Origin: Callorhinchus milii
Lineage: Eukaryota
NCBI RefSeq assembly: GCF_018977255.1
Contig: NW_024704743.1
Coordinates: 45,262,001-45,326,000 of the forward strand
Length of the DNA: 64,000 nucleotides
Direction of reading: 5' to 3'
Below the pieces are notes generated by a model. It ran no database searches. It worked only from the letters and a program-made list of their open reading frames with translations, and had not been told where the DNA came from. The position numbers were made by a program, and so were the translations under genes. Shown here in pieces: positions 49,286 to 63,157 of this stretch (positions are counted from its first letter, which is position 1; each line of letters opens with the position of its first letter).

Positions 49286-49874
49286 AATATTGTGATAATA
49301 CCGCTGTATATTGTATTTATTGTTGAACTATAATCCAAAAATAGACCAAGGGATTTTCTCCATTACTATCTATTGTTTTCCCAGCTGTCTATTTAAACGA
49401 GTTACTAAATTTCACACTTCTACTCCAGGTTGTCAAAATACCAGACCTCCTGTAGATTTAAACGTTTCCACATTTCACATAAAGCACAGACATGCTGCTC
49501 CAGTACAGTTTGCTTCTATCTCTGGTACTTGCTAATAAAACACAGAATTGTATTTTTAACTGGATGTACATACAGAGATTAGGAATGGTGCGATTCATTT
49601 TAGATCTCAGACTAGGCAATCGATCCCTTGTAGTTCAAAGTTGAATGATAATAATCTCATAATAAACCCACAAGTGTTAAACCAATGGAAGATATTTGAT
49701 CTCAACGACTCAATCAATGGTTATTAATAGCTAAACAGGCTTGAATTCATCAGGCACCATTGGGATGAAAACGCAAATGATATTTAAGACAAACGTCTGT
49801 GGGTATGTTACAAGAAACATTTGACACAAGCAAAGGCATCTTATGGTGTCCAACGCTAGAATAGGAAAGTCACC

Positions 49875-50518
49875 TGTTCAGCTTTCCCTGTCTGCCACAT
49901 TGACTGCCTCCTTCACTACGTCTCCCCTTGAGCCGCTGAGACCATTATCCATGCTTTCATCACACTCAGGCTTGACTACGCCAACTCTCTGCTTGCTGGA
50001 TTTTCCAAATCTTCCCTCCACAAGCTACAGATCATCCAGAAATCTGCAGCTTGTGTCCTCTTGCATACCAGGCTATGTGAGCCTATCATTTCCATTCTTC
50101 CCCGGCTCCACTGGCTCCCCATCAGAGGATTGAGTTCAAGATCCTTATTCTCACTTTAAATTTCTCCACAGTCTTAACCCATCCTACCTCTGCAACCTTC
50201 TTAAACCTTACTAATCTGCCTGTTCCCTCCATTTGTCAGGGACTTCACATCTCCCGGCCTTCCCAACCGACCATTGGTAGTTGAGCTTTCTGTCCCCACT
50301 CTCTAGAACTCCATCCTGGAGTCCCTTCACCTCACCCCTTCCTTCATCTCCTTCAAGATCTGTCTTAACACCTTCCTCTTTGACCGCACGTTTGCTCACT
50401 TGCCGCACTCTTCCCCTTCCCCAATCCAACCCCCAGCTCAGGTGCAAACCCTTGACTGTCCAGTGCCATCAGACATCTTCCTGATGTGAAAGTCGCTATA
50501 TAAAAGCAATTTGTTGTT
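49875..50518 (+). mobile_element. L2 3' fragment
   Basis: AETIIHAFITLRLDYANSLLAG...QIIQKSAA...LHWLP...tail. Confidence 0.85.
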
Positions 50519-51354
50519 CGATAATACCTCAGACTTTTGTTTCTGCATTTAGTAGGCCTGAATTAGTGATGATTCATAACTATTGACAGTGATAATTATA
50601 TGAAATGCCACAAATTTCATCTCCAGATGAGACATCTGATATAAGCTCCATCTCAAACTCTTCTCCCTGCTTTCTGAACATTTCTCTTGGGTATTGAGTT
50701 TTCCATAGACATATAAAATATCTTTCATATCAGGAGGACTTCTCAAAGTTCATCACAGGAAATTTCAGTGACTGTATTTTACAGTGGAATGCAGCAGCCA
50801 ATTTGCACGCAGCAAAGCCCCTCAAACAGTTATGAAGTGAGTGACTCACTACATCAGGTCTGATGAACTCATACCTGAAAGGCTAATGCATCTACTGTGG
50901 ATTGCCAGCGTTTCTGTAGCTTTGCTGTGGTTGATGTGCAATAGGATTATTTAAATCATCTTTTAAGTGCAGTAAAACAGACATATGATTTTTTTTATTT
51001 TTCAGAAATTCCAAACTTTTTGATCACAGTGAGACTTTAATGAACAGGAAGAATGTGCTTGATGTGCTTTGCTTGATGTTGAAGTGATGGCGCTGGCTTT
51101 GAAGTTGACAGCTCTTTATTTTCTTGTGTGGCAGGAAACTAAGGTCTATCAATACTTGTGAGGCTGGACTTGGTCTGCGTCACCACCAAATGATGGCAAA
51201 ACAGAGCTTTACTGAAAAACAGTCGATTCTTTCATCTAAACAGTGCAGAGGTATAAGGAAGAATCGGTGTAATTTAAGAAGCCAACAAGCCATGTTTCAT
51301 AATTGTACTCATATTCTTGGAAGTGGGGTAATATCCTGCTGGTATTCTTTGAGG

Positions 51355-52150
51355 GGGTAGACAAAGCTATCCCGCAGATGTAATTTATTTGTAAAATTCT
51401 GCACAGGAGGTTTTGATAGAAGATATGGAGTTTATGGAATCATGGCAAATCACCAAAATGAACTGAAAATTGTCTTAATAGACAGCAGAGCCTGATGATA
51501 AATGGGAAAAGTGTTTGGGTTCTCTTCTGGGATTACTCGTCTACAGTAATCATTAATCACAAAAGGCCCAAAAGATTTGTGTACTGAAAAAATAATATAG
51601 AGCAGGATGCTCCAAGAGGTGTAACATGTGTTGATGACGCCAAGTTATGTAAGACAGGTTGGCAGATTTATTTAATGTAAATCAATCTATGGCTATGCTT
51701 ATTAGAACAGGGAACAAGGAACATATTTAGACAAAGAATGGGTAACAATTAGAAGAAATAAAAAGGATTAGGGTGTGATTGAAAACTCACTGAGTGAAAG
51801 TACAGAGTGACCCTTTTAAACGTGCCAGGTTTGAGCATAGCTTGTTAAAATGCTGGTTTGCTGTGGGCTTGCACTATCCTGGAAATACAGCACACCCAGA
51901 TACCAACACTCACTAGCTGGATTCCTGTGCTCGAAGAATGGACATTGTTGAACCTTCAGAGGTGATGGCAGGATTTAAGGCTATTATTTATGAATATGGA
52001 TGCACAGAACTGAGCTTGTTGTTATAAAAGAAAATAAGATTTATAGGAGACATGAGTCAGCCCTTTAGCGCTAAGAAATTCTATTGGTTAGTAAAGTTTC
52101 TGATGTTAGCATTGTTCAGTTATAATAGGATTTTGGATTATAAGGATATG
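51355..52150 (+). mobile_element. Highly decayed CR1 LINE RT/3' region
   Basis: Degenerate motifs in CR1 order: D-V-I-Y-L, YGVYGIMG-like, RQQR-V-INGK, DDAKL, W-Q-I-x-FNVN, LEIQ. Many stops. Confidence 0.5.
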
Positions 52151-52434
52151 CTGGCAAGGGAAATGATTTAACGACCTCCAGAATTTGACTCTCTTGTAGT
52201 GCCAGCAGATACAAGAAGCCTCCTGTCTCTGGGCACTGAGCTGTTTAGCACATCTTCAGCTCATTACTGAGACATCAAACTTTCACCTCTCACCCCACCT
52301 CAGGTGCCCAGCCAACTTTGATACCACCTTCTGAAAAGTGCTATAAAGTGTAAATTGTATTATATTACTCCTAATGACTATTTCTTATTTCATAATTTTG
52401 TATCCTATAATAGCACTATATATATATATTACTA

Positions 52435-52770
52435 TACAATACAATTTACATTTATATAGCATGTTTCACATCAAGAGACCATCTCAAAATGTCTCACAAA
52501 GCAGGTTGGGCATTGGAGCCTGGGACGGGGTTGGGGGTGGGGGAGGAAGAAGACTGAACGTGCAATTGAAGAGGTAAATCTTAAAGTGGGCATTAAAAAT
52601 GGGGATGCAGCAAGGTAATGGGGATAGGGGGGAGGGGAGACAACTCCAAAATGGAGTTCCAGAGGCTGGGTCAGAATGGCTGAAAGCTCGTCCACTGATT
52701 GGAACATGAAGCAAGCCAGTGTTCGTTGAGAAGCAGATCAGTAGAGTTGCAGGAGACCACAGAGGTAACA
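52435..52770 (-). mobile_element. Old L2 3' fragment
   Basis: GLLHVPISGRAFSHS...FKIYLF on the minus strand, with tail at ~52440. Confidence 0.7.
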
Positions 52771-52779
52771 TTCTCTTGC

Positions 52780-53235
52780 TCGAATTCAAGATCCTCATCC
52801 TCACCTACAAGGCCATTCACGGCCTTGCTCCCTCCTACCTCTCCGACCTACTATCCCCCTACCTGCCTGCCCGTACCCTCCGTTCCTCTGGCTCCGGTCT
52901 GCTCCACATCCCCCGCCCCAACCGCCCTACCATCGGTAGCCGGGCCTTCAGCCTCTCAGCCCCTAGGCTCTGGAACTCTATCCCCCAGTGCCTTCGCCTT
53001 GCTTCCTCCCTTTCCTCCTTCAAGGCCGGTCTCAAGACCTTTCTCTTTGACCGTGCCTTTAGCTTCCCTCTCGACTCTACCCCCTCCTCGCTCCCTCCCT
53101 TCCCTCCCCTCCCCTCACCCTGACCATTTCCCTCTTGCTCGGGTCCTGACCCAACTGTCCAGCGCCTTGGGACGTCCTCCCGACGTGAAAGGCGCTCAAT
53201 AAATGGAATCTTGTTGTTGTTGTTGTTGTTGTTGC
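52780..53235 (+). mobile_element. Young 5'-truncated L2
   Basis: [24 protein letters not shown]...[10 protein letters not shown]. Near-identical to 10487-10914, with a long (TTG)n tail. Confidence 0.95.
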
Positions 53236-53444
53236 TCTAAGTCAGAAGGTCAATGCCAGAGTCATCTGTGGCGTAACAATCACAAACAAATCAAGCTAGT
53301 CTTTCTATTACTCATTGCTGGGCTTGCTTTGTTGCCTAATTAAATGCACCCTGAAAATGAACAGTGTCAGGGTTTATAAACCTGTTGTCACACATTTCAT
53401 TTGACAATAAAGTACTGTATTAATAAATGTCACCCTTGTGTTAC

Positions 53445-53850
53445 ATTGTGGTTCAAGACTGAAGCCAAGCTCACACTCTAGGCTGAAACTTTAATGCAAT
53501 GGTAGGGAAGCTTTGCTTCCATCGTATTATGAAATAATGGTAAAGACACCATCCTTTAGGTGAGTTGTTATACCGAGGTCCCTTTTAGTGGTTTAAATAA
53601 GTAGTAAAGATCCAATGACACTATTCAAAAAGAGAAGTGAGTTTCTCCCTGTGTCCTGGCTAACAGTTCTCCACACAAAAAAAAATGTTCATTCATTTCA
53701 TGGTCGTTTGTAAGACTTTGCTGTACACAAATTGACTGGTGTGTTTGCCTGCAAATGCACAGTCATTAATTACACTTTACAGAAAACTGTGAAGCGCTTT
53801 GACACATTTTGACATAATAAGATGCGACATCAAACGCAAGCATTATTTGG
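53445..53850 (+). mobile_element. Old Deu-domain SINE
   Basis: CTAGGCTGAAAC...CCGAGGTCCC...AAAGATCCAATGACACTATTCAA...GTCCTGGCTAAC...tail. Confidence 0.7.
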
Positions 53851-54410
53851 ATTATGATGTTGATGTTTTGCAGGTGGAAAAGCAGGGTAATTGACCCAGC
53901 TGCTTAGATTATTTCAAATGTGCATGAACTTCCAAGGTAGTACAATTATCAGTTGATATGGTTTCGCTGTGAAAAGTCCATCACAAATTGCAGATTACTT
54001 TTTGGTCCAACATCAAAGCTAAGGGTCTGTGCGATGGCATTTAGTGCAATGAGGATGGAGGATGTCTATTTCACATTTCCAAACGTTTGAAGCATTAAGT
54101 TTCACATGCCAGGCAAAAGGTTTTATGATTCATCTCAGCAGTGGCGGAAGTGTCTTGTTAAGACCTTTCAGGCCAAGTATATATTACAGCATGTGTCTAT
54201 AAAACAATGATTGCTTATATGATTCTCAACTGTGTGCCACTCTGCAAGTGGTCTGGTCACATATTTCAAGGCCTGCTGACACCAAGGTGAAAACAAGAGC
54301 AGATGAATCCACAATCAAAACATTGTGAAAATTACCTGCATGGTATATATAGGGTGTAATATTTCCCCAGAACACCTCTCCTTGTCAAGTGACTGTATTT
54401 TATCCCTTTC

Positions 54411-56800
54411 ATAACATAACATAACATAACATAACGTAACGTAACATGTAGGAGCAGGAGTCGAGCCTGCCCTGCCATTCAATCATGACTGATCTTCTAA
54501 TCTAACTCCAGCTAATACCATAACCCTGCCTTATCCCCATATCCCTTAATCCCTTTTGCAGTAAGAAATCTATCTATCTCAGTCTTGAATATGTTCAAGG
54601 ACTGAGTGTCAACAGCCCTTTGGGGTAGCGAGTCCCATATATTCACCACCCTTTGAGAAAAGAAGTTCTTCCTCAACTCAGTGCGAAAGGGCTGGCCTCT
54701 GATTTTAAGGTTGTGACCTCTGGTTTTAGTTTCTCCAACCAGGGGAAACAATCTCCCACTATCTACTCTATCATGCCCTTTGATGATCTTATAGGTTTCT
54801 ATAAAATCCCCTCTAATTCTTCTATATTCTAGAGAATATAGGCCCAAATTGGTCAGCCTATCCTCGTAACTCATCCCCTTCATCCCTGGTACTAACCTAG
54901 TAAATCTACGCTGCACCCCCTCCAAGGCAAGTACATCCTTCCTTAAATAAGGAGACCAAAACTTCACACAGTATTCCAGGTGTGGTCTCACCAGGGCCCT
55001 ATACAGTTGCAGCAAGACTTCCCTACTCTTATACTCTAATCCTTTCATAATGAATGCTAACATACCGTTCGCCTTCCTAATTGCTGCTGCACCTGCAGAC
55101 TAACTTTCTGTGATTGGTGTACAAGGACACCCAAGTCCCTCTGGACACTAACACATTCCAATCTCTCCCCTTCTAAAAAATAACCCGCTCTACTGTTTTT
55201 GCTACCTAGGTGGATGACTTTGCACTTCCCTACATTATATTTCATTTGCCACCTACCTGCCCAATCACCTAACCTATCTATGTTGCGCTACATTTTTTTA
55301 ATGGTGTCCTCTGTGTTGACACTTCCTCCTAGTTTTGTGTCATCCGCGAATTTAGATATATTAACTTTGATGTCCTCATCTAGATCGTTGATGTAGATGG
55401 TAAATAGCTGAGGCCCAAGGACTGATCCTTGTGGCACTCCACTAGTCACATCCCGCCAATCTGAAAAGGACCCGTTTATCCCTACTCTTTGTTTCCTACC
55501 TGTTAACCATTCCCCAATCCACGTTAATATGCTCCCCCAATTCCATGGGCCCCTATCTTTTGGACTAACCTTTTATGCGGCACCTTATCGAATGCCTTCT
55601 GGAAGTCCAAATAGACCACATCCACTGATTCACCCTTATCTAGTTTACTTGAAATATCCTCAAAAAATTCTATGAGATTTGTCAAACATGACTTCCCCTT
55701 TGTAAAGCCATGTTGACTTGGCCTAATTATATTGTGCTCCTCTAAATACCGCACTACCACATCCTTAATCAATGATTCTAAATTTTTTCCTATCACTGAT
55801 GTGAGACTAACTGGCCTATAGTTCCCCATCTTTTCCTTTCCACCTTTTTTAAATAGTGGTGTGACATTTGCGATCTTCCAATCCATGGGGACTGTTCCAG
55901 AATCCAAGGAATTTTGGAAGATCAGACATAAGGCCTCCACTATCTCATAAGTTACCTCTTTTAAGACCCTGGATGCAAGCCATCCGGACCAGGGAATTTG
56001 TCACTTTTTAGTGCTAACAGTTTCCCTAGCACCAATTCTCTACCAATGAAAATTTCCCTAAGTTGCTCCCTGTCCTTATCCCCTTGGTGCATCTCAATTG
56101 TTGGCAGATTTGTTGTGTCTTCAAGGATGAAGACAGATGCAAAGTACCCATTTAGGGTCTCTGCCATGTCCTTATCCCCCATTACAACTTCTCCGATCTC
56201 TGACTGAAGTGGACCTACATTTACCCTCACTAGCCTATTCCTCTGAATGTATCTGTAAAAACTTTTACAATCAGACTATAGTTCCTAGCTAGCTTACCCT
56301 CATACTCCTTTTTCTCGCTCTTAATGAGTTTTTTAGTTTTTTTTTGCTGGTTTCTAAAACTCTCTCAATCTTCAGATTTGCTGCTTTTCTTGGCAGTTTT
56401 ATAAGCTTTTCTTTTAATTTGATGCTTTCCCTAACTGCTCTAGTTAGCCACGGATGAATTGCTTTCCCTGTGGTACTCTTATTCCGCAAGGGAATATGCG
56501 ACTGCTGAGAATTATGCACTACATCCTTAAATATTTGCCACTGTTGGTCTACATTTTTACCTCTTAATCTTATTCTCCAGTCTATTTTACCTAAATCTTT
56601 CCTCATACCTACAAAGTTAGCCTTATTTAAATTCAGAATACTTGCCTCGGATTTAACTATATCCCTCTCTAACTTAATGCAGAATTCAATCATATTGTGA
56701 TCACTCTGCCCTAGAGGAGTCTTAATACCTACACTGACGACTAGCCCTGTTTCATTACACAAAACAAGGTCTAAGATGGCCTGTCCCCTAGTTGGTTCCT
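54411..56800 (-). mobile_element. 5'-truncated CR1 LINE (~2.4 kb, frameshifted ORF2)
   Basis: [81 protein letters not shown]. (TTATG)n tail at 54411-54446. Confidence 0.96.
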
Positions 56801-57394
56801 CAATTTAATGTCATTCCCAATTTAATGTCATGTGTAAAGAACCCACATAGCAAAACATAGAGACTATGGAGTTTGTGGTTAAAGACATCATTCGAATCTG
56901 TTATGTGTACCACAGCTTGTAACATACTCTCACCCATAAATATCAGTTTCTGCATATTTAATCCATCCTGTGACTCACGTGTGACAGGCAATATGTGGTG
57001 CTGGCATAAAACGACTTGCTGCACGCTAAGTACAGTACATTAAAATTATATCAATGAAAGTCTAGCACAATGTCAGAAGATTCCGCAAGCTCACAGGACT
57101 TTGTATTTCCTGGGACAACTGGTGTTAGAATTTAATGGAGTAGACTGTGTCCAACTGGCGATTAGACTCTTATCAGTCACCGCAGGTTATGCATTTTGCA
57201 GCTCTCTGTACTGTCAGCTTTTAGCAAGTTCGAATATAGAATTCAATTTTAAGCTTAAGCAACTGAAGCAAAATCAAGAGGAGAGAATTTTCTTCTATTC
57301 TGGTTCCAATATGTTTGAAAGCAAAAGACTACAGACTTTAATGTTTGAACTTTAGGTAAAGCAAGTCACTGACACGATGACAATAGATAGTTTG

Positions 57395-58520
57395 CTTTTT
57401 TTTGAAAATATATATTTATTTATAAATATAATATCCCGTACAACAGAAATCCAAAACAAAACATCTTCTGTTACAATTGTTTTTCTTTTCTCCTGATACA
57501 AAACATAGTCCTTGTTTATGGTACATTCCTTCCCCGCACGTAGGTTGTGCAGACTGTTTTTTGGGACGTTCCCTTTAACACAGTCTGGAGTCGTTCCTGT
57601 GTACACCACATCCATGTGCGCGCCCACACACACTCTGATAAGGTGCCCTTGCTGCTTTCAGAAGGCACCCGATGTGTACCGTATGTGCACATGTTTACCG
57701 TACATACATTTTCAGGATGCTCTTTGGTTACATCTCGAGCGTCCTTCTGTACCCTTACTTAAGTCAGTTTTGGGTGCACTCGTGGGCTACCCGGTGGGTG
57801 CGCCCTGAGCAGGTTGTACCGGAGCGGCTCCTGCTGGGGTCCGGCCCCATCTGGCCTTTGCCATGGTTGAGCTGAACTTCAGCTTGTCCCTCAGTATCTA
57901 GTCCCTGATCCTAGCGTGTGTGAGCCTGGGGCAGGCTCTCACCGTCCCCTGGTTCTGCCAGAAGAACTCCTGGTTTCGGGAATGCCAAAGGGCCTCCTTT
58001 ACCGAGTTGATGATCCTCCAGACACACTTGATGTGGGTTTCGCTGCGAGTGCCTGGCAACAAGCCATACAGCACTGAGTACCGTGACAGCGAGTCCCCCA
58101 GGGACGGACCGCGAGAGAATCGATTCCATCTTTTTCCAAAACCCCTTTGCCAAACAACACTCCAGCAAGAGGTGGTCCACGATCTCTTGGCCTCTGCAGC
58201 CGGCCTGAGGGCAACGTGCTGACTGGCCCAGACTTCGACCGTGCATGAAAGCCCTGAGGGGAGGCCCCTTTTATCGCCAGCCAGGCCATGCCCTGATGGT
58301 TATTGCTCAGGGCCAGCGATGATGCATTTTACCAGATGTAGCTGTCACCGCAGGGTACCTCCCGATCGGGTCTGCCCTCTCCCCCCTTCTAACTGTTTCG
58401 ACTACCTACCGCGTGAACCACTCAGTGATTGCGCGGCGGTCTGGGATGGTTTTCTTCAGGAATTTCTCAACATAGGATAGGTGGTTCACGAAAGGGTTTG
58501 GGCATTTGACGTTCCAACGC
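57395..58520 (-). mobile_element. Tx1/L1-clade LINE 3' fragment (zf-RVT region, 3'UTR, polyA)
   Basis: AWLAIKGA.../MHGRSLGQSARCPQAGCRGQEIVDHLLLECCLAKGFW is a CCHC zinc-knuckle pattern. Minus-strand AATAAA at 57415-57420 and an A-run at ~57396-57403. Confidence 0.78.
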
Positions 58521-58523
58521 ACA

Positions 58524-58830
58524 TAATAATCCTTGCATTTTATATAGCGCCTTACTACATCGTCAAAATATCTCTAAACCCTTCACCAGATTTGCTGAAA
58601 AGTGTAGTGACTGTGTATTTGTAGGCAAGCACTGCACCCAAATCGGTGCACAGCAATGTCCCGCAAGCAGCCATGAAATGAACGATACATTTTATTTGGA
58701 GGGTTAATGCCTCATTCAAAGGAAGCGCTTCCCCCAGCACTGTACTGAAGTGCCAGCCTGGTCTATCAGCTCAAGTCCTAATATGTGTCTTGAAACCATA
58801 TCCTTCTGACAGCACAGAGACTACACTACT
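58524..58830 (-). mobile_element. Old Deu-domain SINE
   Basis: Tail, Deu segment and CAGCACTGTACTGAAGTGCCAGCCTGG...CTCAAGTCC. Confidence 0.75.
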
Positions 58831-59984
58831 GATTATTAAATCTGGATTTGGCCACTCCTGGGATCAGTGAACCTGTACTGGATGAGTTAAGATAGGATTT
58901 ACTGGCATTAATAATAATAATTCTGATATTTGGTATAGTGCCCTTCACATTGGGAGGATGTCTCAAAGTGCTTCACATAATATACTGTAAAGTGTAGTGA
59001 CTGTGTTTTGTAGGCAAACTTATTCTCCTGGACAGAAATTTGTTTTATTTTTTTCTCTCTCATTGTTTGTTAATTGTTTCTTGTTTCTTACTCTCTATCT
59101 CTTTATCCTGGGCCAACAATACTCCAGATTAATCAAGCATTCACCTCATGGCTGTTTATGGAATCTTGTCAGTGAAAATAGCTGCAGCATTTGTCGTACA
59201 ACAATTGTCTCTACACTTGACAACAAAAACAATGATCACAAAGTAATTTTAAAACATTTCAACATGATGAAATGCTATAATAATGGGAGTTATTTCATTT
59301 AGAATAGGGAGTGGAGTGGGTAAGGGGAGAGAGGTAGAAATTTATTGGAACGTTTGGACCAAGTTTGACGCTGTTGTATCTCTTGGGGATGATCGATATC
59401 AGTCCATGCTTATTTTTTTTTGCTGACTTTCTGTTTGTTGTTTACGGTTTAATGTGAAAATTGTATTCGAAAAGAATACCGTGACTGTAAGAAGGAATCT
59501 TGAGGATAGATTATTTTCTTTCAAAATCAATACTTCTTTCTTTTCATACAATATATACAGGATTATTTTTCTTAAGTTAAAAATAAAACCTGACCTGTTG
59601 CTGTCTGCAGATGGCAGGAGGATGTTTGTGGTGAAGGTTTCTTCTTTGTGGTTGTCCACTGTGTAAAGGTACCTTTTCTATTGAAAGTGAATGTGGATCT
59701 TAACTGGAGTTGACTTGAAGTAATTTTAACTTTCAGCACAGTGTGGTGCTCCTGCATGCATTGCGCATGAGTAGTACATAGCCCAACCCACATTATAGAA
59801 TCCAATAATAGCACTTTAAACATCACCAAAAGTATGAATGTGTTTATTACAAACAAGAATATGTCAGAACTTTTACCTGTTCAAGTTATAATATCTCAGC
59901 TAGTAAAGGTTTTTCTCAGCACCCAGCACCCACTCAGCACCCATATCCATTTCCACATACTATGTGTTTGCCCACCAAATCCGG

Positions 59985-60150
59985 GGTGTGTCATTCTGGT
60001 GGAATTGGTAGCACTCTTGCCTCAGAGTCAGAAGGTTGTGGGTTCAAGCCCCACCTTGGAACATGGAACCCATGTAGTTTAGACTCTAGTCTGAACGAGG
60101 GCCCTGTCTGGTTGTTCAGGTGGACATTGAAGATCTCATGACACTATTTT
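59985..60150 (+). mobile_element. Old Deu SINE 5' fragment
   Basis: TTGGTAGCACTCTTGCCTCAGAGTCAGAAGGTTGTGGGTTCAAGCCCCAC head. Confidence 0.8.
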
Positions 60151-63100
60151 TCCCCCCTCCACATCTTTTGGCTCTCACACCAGCTTGCGTGCTTAACCAG
60201 TACTGTGAACACTGTGACACATTCTCCCAAAGTGAAAGGTGTTATATAAATGTAAATTGCAATGTATTGCATAGTTTGGCTTTGCTTAGTGACTGGATCA
60301 TGTAAATCTTGTATTTTTTTTAATAACCATCAGATTATTTGACAAATAAACTATAGATTTTCCCTGTCTGGAATTGGAGGTTTCTTGCGGGGGGTGGGGG
60401 GTGGGGGGAATCATCAATATTCCTCTGCTTGCAAGAAACTAAGATGGGAAATTAAGTGTCTGTGGCCTCAAGATATATGATCGCTCATCTTTTTAACAGT
60501 GTTTAATGAAATACCTACTTTTAGCATCTATTATATGCCCATGTTAGATTGAGTTCTAAAATTGTCTCTGCTCCATTTTGTAATGGGCTCTACATTTTAA
60601 TTGGGTTTTAAATTTTGATACCCTGTCTTAAATCTTTCAATTTAATTTTTTTAAACAGGGATATGATGTCCAGCAAGACTTGACTAGGGACTGCAAGTCT
60701 GGGGCTGCAATGGCATTCTGCAATATGATATTTTGTGCCTGTTGCTGTGTATAAATAAATTCAGATGCAGTTGGGAGGCGAGGGGAAGGAAGAAAAGTAT
60801 TGAAATACAATGCAGTAAATTATATCTTTACAAAAGTATTTTTATAGTGCAGTAATTGTATCCAAACAGCACACACGTGACCAGCTAGGACTGCCCTACT
60901 CATTAAAGCTTTACTTTGAGGACATGTCTACATCTCTAAGCCTATCTTAGAATACTCCAAATATGCTGTTTTTTTCAAGTGCTTCTGTTTGGAACCAGTT
61001 GAACCCCAGAGATACAGTGAGACCTTACTTCCCGCCCCCTGAAGCTCGAAACGCTAACCTATTTTAAAAATATTGACCAGTGATGCTTGAAACCTTTTTT
61101 TCTCTCTTCTGGCTGCTGTTGAGCCAGTTGTGGAGTGCAGTGTCTTGTCCTTTTATTTCAGAATTCTACAATTTACAGTTTTGCCTCTTGTTTCTGGCAG
61201 ACAGAGGATATTCAGGCAGATAGAGGATGTTCAGGTAGACAGAGATGTTCCTTGACTCAACGAGATACTGTGCTCCCCTGTCCTGAATTAGTTAATTTGA
61301 AACGTGCTGCGTTCAGGATCACTTTATTTCATGATAGCTCGAGTGCACTTTATGCCTTGATTTGGTTTGCAAATCACAGCCAATTGAAGTGAAAAACAGC
61401 ATAAGATCTGTTACATGCCAGATGACGAAGTGGTTTGCACTGTTTGAACATTGATTTGCACCAGAATAATTCAGCCTCATCTCCCATTAAGGGGCAATTT
61501 GCAATACAGTGTTCGTAAAGAGAATCCCTGCTCTTTCAGAGCACCCAAAAATCTAACTGCTATTCAGAGCCGATCAATCCTTAGCTTCAAGCTAAAACAA
61601 GAAATTGTATCTCGCTGCTGGTAATTGTTCTCCCGAAAGAGAAAACAAATCACTTCTATTTTTGGCCCCAAAGTATTTTTTTTGCCTCAGGTATTACTTT
61701 TTCATTGAGTCGGGATTCATAGATACTGTATGTGTTTTTCATGGTGTTTATGAATTAAAAAAATATTCTGCTCATATATCCCCATAGGCCCAGTGTCTCT
61801 TCTCTTCCCTTTAAACCAATTATGTTTTCCACCTCACTCTCTAAAAACCTTTTAATATTTAAATAATTCTCTTACTATTAGAAGATTGAAATGACAATGA
61901 TACACACATTGTCTCTTCACCATCAGTGGAAAACCTATTCACTGGCAGATTGTAAAATCTTGGTTTTAATATTTTAATCCATTGCTGGCATTGATATTGC
62001 TGCACTTAACTCTGCATCTTGGCTTTGGAAAACCGCTATCAAAAGCAGTACTTAGGGTTTCGTATTAGTGTAATGTGGTTTTGGTTGCAATATAGAGTAA
62101 GTGAACCTGCCCCTTATGAGCTGAATGCTTAATGCTGGGTCACAACAGTCCAAAGTTAAAAGAATATTGGGCTGCCACCAGTTGGCACATTAAGAGGGAC
62201 TTATTATGACTCTTTCACTGTTTTACTTCACTCCTCCACAAAGCCTGTAGTCCTGTACCAGCAGCCTTTCCTGTTCATCGTTTAATCTCAAATACTAGGA
62301 ATAAACTCTCAGTTTTAAAAAAATCAAGATACAAAACCTCAAATGACAATCTGCACTTTAAGACATTAAAAAGAACAGAGCAATAGCTTGTTTCTGATTC
62401 AAAATAAGAAGCTAATAGAATTTTTGTTTCCACCAAGCATCCTCACTTCCCCCTCCTAATTTTCTACTGAGGGTAATGACCTGCATTGCAGTACATTTCC
62501 ACGAGCACCATTCACTCCCCTCAGGAGGCCGTTTAAAACGTTCTATTTTAAGTCATCCACAAGGACACAATTCTAATGAAATGGAAGTGACCATGAAACA
62601 TATCAGCAGTATTCCTGGCCTTAGCTCCCGTGGTGATCAGATGTGGAGCTTACTCCAAAAGCTGCTGGCTGTGATTATCAGCCCAGTGCGCTGCCTGGCT
62701 GAGCTCTATGGGCTCTGACACATTTAGCTCCACCTGAGACATCCTTCCAAGATGCTCCAATGTGTGGTGCTCTCTGTAACCAATTAGCCCCACTAATGTT
62801 CCATTTTAAATACTAAAATGCTCATATTTTGCCCACAAAATACATACAATCACATCACTTTACAATGTCTCCCATAAATAGCTTTGAGACATCTCAATGA
62901 CGCGATAAGGCACTATATTAAATGCAAGGATTATTATTATACTGTTCAAATTGCAATGACGGCTAAGAAACAACTTCCATTTAAATAGAGCCTTTCACTG
63001 AGGTAGTGTTTCGGAATTATTGTTGTGAGTGACAACAATAAGGTCTTTCTACAATACAAAATTGATCAACTCTGTTAAAAGCATCATTCATGGTATCTTC

Positions 63101-63157
63101 AGTGCTGACAGACACCAGGACTTCCACGTCTCTGATGATCAGGCAAGCGCTGATCGT

